From a virus (Duplodnaviria; Caudoviricetes), in IMG/VR virus record IMGVR_UViG_3300022699_000433, positions 1-59,515 of that record: a stretch of 59,515 nt of DNA. One strand, 5' to 3'. The notes beneath the pieces were generated by a model. The model had not been told where the DNA came from, did not search any database, and worked only from the letters and a program-made list of their open reading frames with translations. Position numbers and translations under genes: made by a program. Shown here piece after piece: positions 49,471 to 57,951 of the stretch (position 1 is the first letter of the stretch; each line of letters begins with the position of its first letter).

Positions 49471-49755
49471 ATGGCACTAGACAGCTATGAAAAGCGCGAA
49501 CAGCAGCGGACCTCGGCTAATTTCTTTTTCGGCGAGAAAGCCAAGGTTCAACCCAAAGGCATTGTCGATCTAAGCCTGAAGGACGACGTGACCATGATCG
49601 TGAAAGGAAAGGTCAAAACGGTAAGCATGCCCAATGCGGACGATTTCGAGCGCGGCAGCCGTATCGAGCTGGCCGTGACTTCGTGCGAGATCGTGGGTCC
49701 CGAGAAAAGGGTTACCCTGGAGGATGCCATTCAGGCGGCCAAGAAGACCGTATAG
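49471..49755 (+). CDS. phage hypothetical protein
   Basis: GGAG upstream; C-terminal VTLEDAI resembles the scaffold C-terminus VSLNDAL. Confidence 0.55.
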   Translation: MALDSYEKREQQRTSANFFFGEKAKVQPKGIVDLSLKDDVTMIVKGKVKTVSMPNADDFERGSRIELAVTSCEIVGPEKRVTLEDAIQAAKKTV

Positions 49756-49764
49756 GAGGCGGCA

Positions 49765-50691
49765 ATGGACGGCAAAAAACTAACCCGGGAGATGCTCGAC
49801 TGGCTCGATCAGCCTCTGGCGAGCGACCTCGAGGCAAACCAGCGAAGGATTTACGAGATGCTCGACCTGGCGGCCGGTATCTTTTGCCGGGAGACCTTTT
49901 GCCTGCATACTTCGGTGCAGATTACCACCGTTGCCGATAAGCAGAACTACGATCTACCGCCCGATTTTATCGAGCTTTACATGAAGAGCAGCAGAGGCCG
50001 CTATTTCATCAAATACTTTGACGGCTCGAACTATTCCTACCCGATCAGGACCAGCTACGAGAAGATCTTCCATACGTATGCGACCAACCCGAAGGCAATA
50101 CCGGGGCGATTTGCCGTTATCGACAAAGAAGAAACAGAAGATTTAATCCAGGGTACGGTAGATGAGTCGGAAGACCCCATGTACGGGGAAGTGGATCTAT
50201 TTGATGAAGATAAATCGTTCACCACCACGGATCGGGTCTATCCGCGGGATATCGTTCACAACGAGAAGGACGGTTCCACCGGATATGTCCTATCAATAGT
50301 CAATGAGCATTGGTTGAAAGTGGCCCTGTTTCTGGGAAAAGACAATCGTTTCGTCTTCGGCGAAATAATACCAACCTACACGATCCAGCCCGCGGCGGAG
50401 AAGCAAATCGTGCTCGATCAGCCCTCCTCTACAACCGGACATATCATGACCGTACCCTATATCTGTATGCCTGCGCCGGTATATTCGGACTACGGTTTCT
50501 GGCGCTTTCCTCCCCGGGTATGCAAGGCGATCGCCGCAGGAGCGGCCACCATCTACAAGCTGACCAAAGGCGGAAAAACGGCCACGGATGCAAAACAAAT
50601 CGGCGGGATCTTCGAGGCCGAGATCAAGCGGTACCGCTATGAGCTGGCTAAGGCAAATCATCAGGACTGGCATTATCGCAAGAGTTATTGA
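49765..50691 (+). CDS. head-tail adaptor-like protein
   Basis: ITTVADKQNYDLPPDF motif; position. Confidence 0.6.
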   Translation: MDGKKLTREMLDWLDQPLASDLEANQRRIYEMLDLAAGIFCRETFCLHTSVQITTVADKQNYDLPPDFIELYMKSSRGRYFIKYFDGSNYSYPIRTSYEKIFHTYATNPKAIPGRFAVIDKEETEDLIQGTVDESEDPMYGEVDLFDEDKSFTTTDRVYPRDIVHNEKDGSTGYVLSIVNEHWLKVALFLGKDNRFVFGEIIPTYTIQPAAEKQIVLDQPSSTTGHIMTVPYICMPAPVYSDYGFWRFPPRVCKAIAAGAATIYKLTKGGKTATDAKQIGGIFEAEIKRYRYELAKANHQDWHYRKSY

Positions 50692-50752
50692 ACACGGTCG
50701 TACCGGAGTTGCTCGTTTCATTGGTTTTATTGGTTTGCAAGGAGGATGATTC

Positions 50753-51361
50753 ATGGCACTCACCAAGGCAAATATCCACGCCGAGATCAGGAGCCTGCTC
50801 AACGAGGCGACCGCAGGGTTTTTCACCAATGAGGAAATCGACAGCTGGATCGACCAAGCCGCCATCGATATTTCATCCAAGACGCTTTGCTATGAGCAGT
50901 CCTCACCCATTACGTTAATGAAATATCAGATCGATTATGCCTATCCCATGAACTGCATCAAGGTGGTCGCCTGCCTCTACGACAATAAGGGGCTCGTCAG
51001 AATAGATCCGGAAAAACTCGGTAACCTCACCGGCAAACAGGGAGGCCCGCCGGGGTTTTTCTGCGACTGGGCCAAGAAGATCTATATCGAGCCGGTCCCT
51101 AATGAAGCCTACAACGGACAGTCGGTGACCGTGCTCTTTGCCGCGCAGACCAACGATATTACCAACATCGACGAGCAGTTCAAGGTGCACGCAATCCTGT
51201 TCGGGCTGTGGCGGGGCAAGCTCAAGGATCGAAAATACGGCGAGGCCTCCCAGGTGCTGAACAGCTATCTGAACTTCCTGCTCTTCAACCGGCAGGATCT
51301 CCTGGTGCGGGAGGTAACCGCACGGTCCGACCGGAAGATACCGGACAGCAAAAAGAGTTAA
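50753..51361 (+). CDS. head-tail adaptor protein
   Basis: IRSLLNE...FFTNEEIDSWIDQA, IYIEPVP. Confidence 0.7.
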   Translation: MALTKANIHAEIRSLLNEATAGFFTNEEIDSWIDQAAIDISSKTLCYEQSSPITLMKYQIDYAYPMNCIKVVACLYDNKGLVRIDPEKLGNLTGKQGGPPGFFCDWAKKIYIEPVPNEAYNGQSVTVLFAAQTNDITNIDEQFKVHAILFGLWRGKLKDRKYGEASQVLNSYLNFLLFNRQDLLVREVTARSDRKIPDSKKS

Positions 51362-51367
51362 AAAACC

Positions 51368-54300
51368 ATGGACGAAATAGTCGTACCGAACAAAGAGTTT
51401 CCCGAGTTCCCGCTTCCCATGCAAGGAGAGAGCGAGCCCGCGATCCCACGCAAACAGCTGCTTTTTACCGGCGAATGGGATCCCAGCGAGGATCCGCTCA
51501 AGCTGGGCGAGCAGAACTACGCGGTGCTTGAAAACCTGCGCTACCGGGACGTGGGTCTCGAAGGCGTATCCGGCTACACGAAGATTAACACCACCGCCCT
51601 TGCCACCTACCTGAAGGGACGGTCCGGGATCCAGCTCCAAAGCCCCTATGCCAACAAAAGCCATGTACTGATCCAGGCCGAAAACGCCGGGGAGACGGCC
51701 TCCCAGGTCCTGGAGAACCGGACCGCCGTTCCCGATCAGGGCGATTTTGAGAGCGCCCCGCTCCACACCGACGCATCAGGCGCCGGCCAGGGTCGGTTCG
51801 CGGCATGGCCGGAGGGCCACGTAGCCTACTGCAACGGCAAAGAGTCCTGCATCTATGCCGGTGATGAGATTCGCTGCGCGGGATTCTTCTCGATTTATAC
51901 ACCGAAGATAGTCCGCACCGATATCAGCTTTCACGACAACGGCGGGAGCGCGGACACCGTAGTCACGGAATCGAGCAATTTCAACAGCGCCGGATTCAAG
52001 GTGGGCCACGTTGTCACGATCACGGGCAGCACCAGCAATAATGTCAGCGCCCGGATCACCGCGGTTTCAACCGACGGGAAGACCATCACGTTCGAACCGG
52101 GCGTGCTCACCGATGAGGCCGCCGGCGACACCGTGAGTATTACCGTGAATTTCGCACAATATCACACCGAAACTACCGACTACACCCAACGAGTGACGGA
52201 CGCCGCCAACGCAATAGCCAGCTGTGCGGCGGTAAGCGGCACCACCGGTTATCTATGGGTGATGCTCAGCCCGCGGCCGTTGAGCGCCGTGCGATACAAG
52301 ATCAGGACGGCAAACACCGAGACCTCCGAGACGACCTGCCGGGTATGGGACGGCGAAAAACTCGCAGCCGTGATCAACCCCTCGGATGGGACGGTTTCGG
52401 CCGGCAAATCCATGGCCCAAGACGGCAGCTTCTCGTTCCATTCCACGGTGGGCTCCGCACAGCCGCTGCATTTCGAAGGGCTCTATCTGTATGCGTATAT
52501 ATTCGAGCTCAGCGCGGGAGCCGCCGAAATCCACCACGTGACCCTTACCGCGCCGTATCAGGAGATAATAGACATTTGGGACGGGATCAAACGGCACCCC
52601 GTTATGATGCAGGTGTCCCGGGGATTGACGGCCGAGACTACGGGCACCTCTTCAAACGGCACCATTACCACCGTGTATCCGACCGGATATGACCACAATA
52701 CGATTGCAGAAATCAGCGACGCCGACGATTACGAGGCCTTGCACGCTGGAACCGAGATCACGGCTAATTCAGTTTCAAGAACGGTAACTCAAAAAATCTT
52801 CACCCGGGCAATCAGTGTCACTCCGTATGAAGTATATTTTCGGGAGCCCTTTGGGTGGGAACATCCTACCGATGAGATTTATAGTTTCGGGTTGCGCCAA
52901 TCAGGATTCCAGGTCGGCGATATGGTAACCGTCAACAATTCCGACTATAACGACGGCACCTATGAGATCATTGGTATAACGGGCGGCGGCACAACGCTGC
53001 AAGTCAGCGGGGCACTGACCAACGAATACAAGGAAATCGGCGTTGGATTAAGCCGACCTGCAACGCGATACGTGGAGCTTGATCAATCGGTCGATTGGTA
53101 CAACGGCGGCAGCGGATACGCCTTTACGTATAAAAACCCGGTCGATGAGACCGGTACCGCGGATTACAAAGACTTTACCCTCGAAGTCAACGAACCGTCG
53201 TACGCCGATTTTCCGATCGGCGCGTTGATCGACGGCCTGGACTCCGCCAACCACATCCTTCTGGCGTTTGAAGAGCGCGTCTCCGCACTCCAGATCAACA
53301 TGATTGCCGACAAGGTGAATATTAATCCCGCCAATATCCGGGTCGGCTACTACAACGGCAGTCAATACGTCAGCCAGAAGATCATCTTCGACAGCTCTCA
53401 AGGCAAGCCCGGCAGCAGCGGCGCCGGCAAGAGCCTGAATAGAAGCGGCATGATTGCGATGGTGCCGCTCCACGAAAAGGATGAATTCAAACAGACGGTC
53501 TTCGGCGTTAACGCCTATTTCTATCAAATTACGTTCACCGCGACCCTCAGCGGCACCGAAGGCGGCGACGCCGAGGTGATCATCGATACCATCTATGGGA
53601 TCCCCGCGCAAAAGTCGGTCAAAGGCTATAAGTTTCCGGCCCTGTTCGGCGACGTTCCGCTTCTGTGCGGCCGCCTGGGCGGCAAGGAAGGCAACCGGGT
53701 CGATTACGGGGCGTCGGGCACCACCTGCGTGTTTAACGGCGATGATTCCAGCAACGGCACCCGCGGACCGCTGTATATCGGCGATAGCGAAGAGCTCACC
53801 GCGTTTTGCGAGGTATACAGCCGCTACGGACTCCAGATGACCAACATAGGGATTTTTACCAAGAATCGTCAAGTCCACCTTCTGGTAGGCAACACTACAG
53901 ACGAATGGCAGGTCCATTCCCTGTCCGGAACCGTGGGCTGTCCCGCCCCGCTTACCATGGACAGCTTCGATGTCGGCCGTACCCTCGCCGGTGATCCGCA
54001 GCGGCAGGTCGCCATGTGGCTCAGCTACAACGGCCCGGTGCTGTTTGAAAACGGCGTGCTCGATACCCGCGTAGGCTACAAGATACGCTGCTATTTCGAC
54101 AAGGACGATCCCCGCTGCATCAACTACGCGGCCATTGATAAAAGCCAGGGAAGGTTCGACCCGGACACCGGCACCTACCATTTGTTGATCCCGTCCGGAA
54201 CTGGACAAACCACCTTAAACGTGTGGCTTGCCTACGACCTGGTCCGCAACCGCTGGTATCGATTAGTTCCGGCGGGAACGGACCCCTATCCACAGGCGCT

Positions 54301-54733
54301 CATCAGGGTGGTGGATGCCAACGGCGCCCAGTACCTCTACGGATGCAGAGACAACGGCCACATGATGCGCCTTGAAAACGGCACCACATGGGACGGCGAG
54401 GGCATTGCTCAAAAGGTCGTCTTCGCCGACCAGGTACCAACCGGGGATGTATTCGACATTACGCTTCTCAGGAAGCTCAAGCTCTTCGCCGTGGCCGTTT
54501 CGGAAGACGTGAGCGTGGTGATCAAGCACTACAAAAACGGTTCGAGCTCGGGGACCAGCCTGGTGGGTGTTCCCCTGAAAGGTTCGACCCGGTTTATCAA
54601 ACACACCCAGAGCATCAATCTCGAGGGATGGTCGCATCAATTGGAATTTTCAGTCACCACCGTGAATACCGAAAAAGGCTTCCAGCCCTTAGGGCTGAGC
54701 TACCAATACGAGGTGATCAGGGCAGATGAGTAA
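51368..54733 (+). CDS. podovirus tail nozzle/tubular-protein-B-like protein
   Basis: 1121 aa beta-rich; LSGTVGCPAP, LAYDLVRNRW; follows the adaptors. Confidence 0.65.
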   Translation: MDEIVVPNKEFPEFPLPMQGESEPAIPRKQLLFTGEWDPSEDPLKLGEQNYAVLENLRYRDVGLEGVSGYTKINTTALATYLKGRSGIQLQSPYANKSHVLIQAENAGETASQVLENRTAVPDQGDFESAPLHTDASGAGQGRFAAWPEGHVAYCNGKESCIYAGDEIRCAGFFSIYTPKIVRTDISFHDNGGSADTVVTESSNFNSAGFKVGHVVTITGSTSNNVSARITAVSTDGKTITFEPGVLTDEAAGDTVSITVNFAQYHTETTDYTQRVTDAANAIASCAAVSGTTGYLWVMLSPRPLSAVRYKIRTANTETSETTCRVWDGEKLAAVINPSDGTVSAGKSMAQDGSFSFHSTVGSAQPLHFEGLYLYAYIFELSAGAAEIHHVTLTAPYQEIIDIWDGIKRHPVMMQVSRGLTAETTGTSSNGTITTVYPTGYDHNTIAEISDADDYEALHAGTEITANSVSRTVTQKIFTRAISVTPYEVYFREPFGWEHPTDEIYSFGLRQSGFQVGDMVTVNNSDYNDGTYEIIGITGGGTTLQVSGALTNEYKEIGVGLSRPATRYVELDQSVDWYNGGSGYAFTYKNPVDETGTADYKDFTLEVNEPSYADFPIGALIDGLDSANHILLAFEERVSALQINMIADKVNINPANIRVGYYNGSQYVSQKIIFDSSQGKPGSSGAGKSLNRSGMIAMVPLHEKDEFKQTVFGVNAYFYQITFTATLSGTEGGDAEVIIDTIYGIPAQKSVKGYKFPALFGDVPLLCGRLGGKEGNRVDYGASGTTCVFNGDDSSNGTRGPLYIGDSEELTAFCEVYSRYGLQMTNIGIFTKNRQVHLLVGNTTDEWQVHSLSGTVGCPAPLTMDSFDVGRTLAGDPQRQVAMWLSYNGPVLFENGVLDTRVGYKIRCYFDKDDPRCINYAAIDKSQGRFDPDTGTYHLLIPSGTGQTTLNVWLAYDLVRNRWYRLVPAGTDPYPQALIRVVDANGAQYLYGCRDNGHMMRLENGTTWDGEGIAQKVVFADQVPTGDVFDITLLRKLKLFAVAVSEDVSVVIKHYKNGSSSGTSLVGVPLKGSTRFIKHTQSINLEGWSHQLEFSVTTVNTEKGFQPLGLSYQYEVIRADE

Positions 54734-54860
54734 TAAAAGAAACGAGGGGGCTTCGGCTCGGGTAAGGCGGGATGGTAGGCGGGAAACGACATGAACCGGT
54801 AAAAGGGAGACTTGATAATCATGAGTATCACAATCAGCAATGAGAAAGGGGGTGGAAGTC

Positions 54861-54992
54861 ATGCCGCGAGGAGATAAGACAGGCCCGCCGGCAGGTTCGG
54901 GCGGACCGCACAGCGGCCAAGGCGGTGGCAAGGGAAGAGCTCCCGGCAAAGGGAGAGGCCGAAAAACCGGCGGCGGCAAGGGCGGGTGTTAA
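54861..54992 (+). CDS. Gly/Lys-rich peptide with DUF5320-like N-terminus (43 aa)
   Basis: MPRGDKTGPPAGSGGPHSGQGGGKGRAPGKGRGRKTGGGKGGC; GGGGG/GGAAG upstream. Confidence 0.55.
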   Translation: MPRGDKTGPPAGSGGPHSGQGGGKGRAPGKGRGRKTGGGKGGC

Positions 54993-55059
54993 CACACGTT
55001 AACAACCAGTCAACAACAATGAACAACATGGTGCTCAATCGCGCCCACAGGGGGATACC

Positions 55060-55578
55060 ATGGCTTCCCAGGCATTAGCCGATTACTACCTTGAAAAGTC
55101 ATATCGGAAGGCCGCTTCCACGCCGGCTTCGGTGCAGGCGTTGCCCGATGTGGGTGAGGTCACGCTCAGAGGCGTCATGGCAAAATCCGCAGCCGAACAA
55201 GAATCCCGGTCGGCCGCCGAGGATCTGGAGCTCGCCCGATCGCGGCTCGATGAGCGCGCGCGCCAGGCGCAGAATCGGCTCAGTCTGGAGCAGGATGAAC
55301 TGAGTGGCGCCCGGAAGGGCAACGTGTGGGCTACGGGGATCTCCCTGGCAAATCTGGCGCTGACCGGTTTAGGCGGCTACGCGCAGCTCAAGGAGGCCGA
55401 GAAGCACGAAAACCTCTACGAACGTATCCTTTCGCAGAAAAAAGATCTGTTAGATCTCAAACGGCGACAGCATGAGGATTTTTTGAACCTCGTCGAACCC
55501 TTTCTTACCACCGTGAAGGGATCCCGAAGGAGCTGGCACGAATCGCTGAAACCATCAAGCACGATACAGAGCACGTAG
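55060..55578 (+). CDS. putative internal virion/ejection protein
   Basis: Ala-rich helical protein with a hydrophobic Gly segment; position after the tail gene. Confidence 0.5.
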   Translation: MASQALADYYLEKSYRKAASTPASVQALPDVGEVTLRGVMAKSAAEQESRSAAEDLELARSRLDERARQAQNRLSLEQDELSGARKGNVWATGISLANLALTGLGGYAQLKEAEKHENLYERILSQKKDLLDLKRRQHEDFLNLVEPFLTTVKGSRRSWHESLKPSSTIQST

Positions 55579-55587
55579 GAGGCGCCC

Positions 55588-56676
55588 ATGGTCAACCTGG
55601 CACAGCTCTACAATCCGCAATATGAATCGGTGACGGGCAGAAAGCGGAAGATCCCCGCCACGGAATTCATACTCGCGCAGCTGCCCGCCATGCGCAAACG
55701 CTATGAGGACAAAGCGCGCTATGAATTAGAGGAAGAGAGCCTTGAACAGGAGCGGGGTATCCACGATGAGCAGATGGCCCTGGCCCGCAAACAAGCGCGT
55801 GAATCCAAAAAACAGGCCAGCGCAGCCACCGGTATCAACCTGGCGTCCTTAGGTCTCCAGACCGGGTACCTCGGCCATAAAATGGGATGGTGGGGCGAGA
55901 AGGGAACAACCAGCGGCGCAAATCTGGCCACCGTATCAGGCAAATCCGGCGGCGCCGCTGCGGCGCCCGCGGCGGAATCCGTTACCACAGCGCCGGTGGG
56001 CTCGAACGCATGGAACACGCCTGCTGCGGCCGGCGGCGCCGGGGCTGAATCGGCAAGCGCGGCATCGACTGCACCATCCGGTGCGGGAGGCACAAGCCTC
56101 GCCTCGCCCGCTCTCAAAACAGCGGGCGTTGCAGGGATGGAATACGGCGGAAGAAAATATGTGAATCCATGGGCCAGGGAGCAAGCAGGTAAGACCGGCG
56201 GGGTTCTGGAACTTACCGCACGGCGCGCCGGGCAGGGTGCGATTCTCGGCGGTGGATGGGGAGCGGTAGTCGGAGGCACGGTGGGCTTAGTAGAAGGCGT
56301 TCTCACCGAAGGAGAAGGCGCCTGTATGATTGTAACCGCGTGCACGGGCCGCGAATCCTATGAGGTGAATGTGGCTCGGGAGTACCGTGACCGGTTTGTG
56401 GGGGCGGCAACCCTGCGCGGCTACTACATGATCGCCGAGACGATCGTGCCCCTGATGAACCGCTGGAAATTGCTTCGGCGTCTGGTAAAGCGGACTCTGG
56501 TGGATCCGCTTATCGACCATGCATCGTGGGCATTATCCGCCGATGACCACGGCGTCGTCTCTGAACGGCCCCCAAACCGGTATACCGAAAAAGTGACCCA
56601 CGTTTTTTTGAAGGTCTGTCATTTCCTCGGCTCTTCGCGGAGCCGCTTTGTACGATCGAACGGCGAAACAGTATAG
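55588..56676 (+). CDS. putative ejection protein with Gly-zipper and CFI-box-CTERM-like C-terminus
   Basis: GAILGGGWGAVVGGTVGLV; ACMIVTACTG..EV..AREYRD...GYY. Confidence 0.55.
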   Translation: MVNLAQLYNPQYESVTGRKRKIPATEFILAQLPAMRKRYEDKARYELEEESLEQERGIHDEQMALARKQARESKKQASAATGINLASLGLQTGYLGHKMGWWGEKGTTSGANLATVSGKSGGAAAAPAAESVTTAPVGSNAWNTPAAAGGAGAESASAASTAPSGAGGTSLASPALKTAGVAGMEYGGRKYVNPWAREQAGKTGGVLELTARRAGQGAILGGGWGAVVGGTVGLVEGVLTEGEGACMIVTACTGRESYEVNVAREYRDRFVGAATLRGYYMIAETIVPLMNRWKLLRRLVKRTLVDPLIDHASWALSADDHGVVSERPPNRYTEKVTHVFLKVCHFLGSSRSRFVRSNGETV

Positions 56677-56688
56677 GAGGGACGAGCT

Positions 56689-57942
56689 ATGAATCCATAC
56701 GGCGCGGTACCGCGGGCGCTCGAAGGTACACGGCAAACCCTGCGGGAGATCATGACCGATTTTGTCTCCCAAAAGCTCCAGGAATCCAAACTCCAGCTGG
56801 CATTGGGCGAGATGGACCTGGAACGGAAAGCGCTCGAGCTCGAAGGCGAGAAAGAACGGGCGCGGACCGCCGTCGATCTATCGAAACTCGCCATGGAGCA
56901 AGGCTACCGGAAAGAGCGCCTCGGCCTTGATAAGAAGCGCCTTGCTGAAACAACCCGGCACGCTAAGGCCGCCGAAACAGCCGCCGAGCAGCGCCTCGGT
57001 GAGCAAGCCCGCCATGCCAAGGCCATGGAGAGCACCGCACAGCAGCGCGCCGATATTCTCCAAAGCCAAGAGGATTGGCTCAACGAAGCCAAGACGCCCG
57101 ACGTGTGGGCCGGGGAACTGGGCCTTTCACCCACCCAACAAGAGATCTTTCGTTCCTATTTTCCCGAAGGCACCTCGCTCAGCCGGCGGGATGTCCAGGA
57201 ACAGGTCAAAGACCTGAAGGAAAACCCCGTAATGCACTTCAAGTTTCGGTTGCTCGGCAACATCGACCGCCTCGAGGAGATGGGCTCCCGGCTCGCTGAC
57301 CCGGACTTGACCGCCGAGGACAAGAAAGCCCTGGAAGCGAATTACGACACCCTGTACGGCAAAACGCAGCGGCTGAAAACATTGGTTGATTATATCGATC
57401 AAGGCAAGACCAAGCTTACCCCCGAGCAGTACCGCGATCTGCGGGACGATGCCATGCTTGCCTGGGATACGCTCGATGAGGGCTCCAGGGAACGGCTCGG
57501 AGGCGACTATAAGAAATTCGAAAAGGCATACGTGGATGACTATACGGATATCCTCAAGAAAGGCAATCTGAATCTCAAAGAGCTCAAGCGCAAAAAAACC
57601 GCGGCCAAGCCGGGGACCGAAGATGTCGTCTCGGCAGTCAAGCTGGAGAAAAAGGAAACAAAACAGCTGATGGACGGCATCAACGAAATCGAGCGTGTAA
57701 AAGGCGCCGGCGCGGCAGACCGCGCCTTTGCGGCCATAAAGCGTTTTCTGGCCCAGGGTGAAAAGGAGCAGGCAAAAGACTTCATCGATATTGTGCTCGG
57801 ACGTGCAGCGCGGCAGGGGGCGAAAAAAGAAAAAACAGAGAGAAAAGAAACATCGGCATCAAAGGAAACACCCCGCCGCGAGCCGTCCCTGCAAGGCGGC
57901 AGTGGAGCGGTCAGCAACCTTAATCAGCTCATGATCCAATAG
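56689..57942 (+). CDS. putative ejection protein (coiled coil)
   Basis: 417 aa; duplicated RL.E..RHAKA.E repeat; AGGAGG RBS. Confidence 0.55.
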   Translation: MNPYGAVPRALEGTRQTLREIMTDFVSQKLQESKLQLALGEMDLERKALELEGEKERARTAVDLSKLAMEQGYRKERLGLDKKRLAETTRHAKAAETAAEQRLGEQARHAKAMESTAQQRADILQSQEDWLNEAKTPDVWAGELGLSPTQQEIFRSYFPEGTSLSRRDVQEQVKDLKENPVMHFKFRLLGNIDRLEEMGSRLADPDLTAEDKKALEANYDTLYGKTQRLKTLVDYIDQGKTKLTPEQYRDLRDDAMLAWDTLDEGSRERLGGDYKKFEKAYVDDYTDILKKGNLNLKELKRKKTAAKPGTEDVVSAVKLEKKETKQLMDGINEIERVKGAGAADRAFAAIKRFLAQGEKEQAKDFIDIVLGRAARQGAKKEKTERKETSASKETPRREPSLQGGSGAVSNLNQLMIQ

Positions 57943-57951
57943 GACAGCGAT

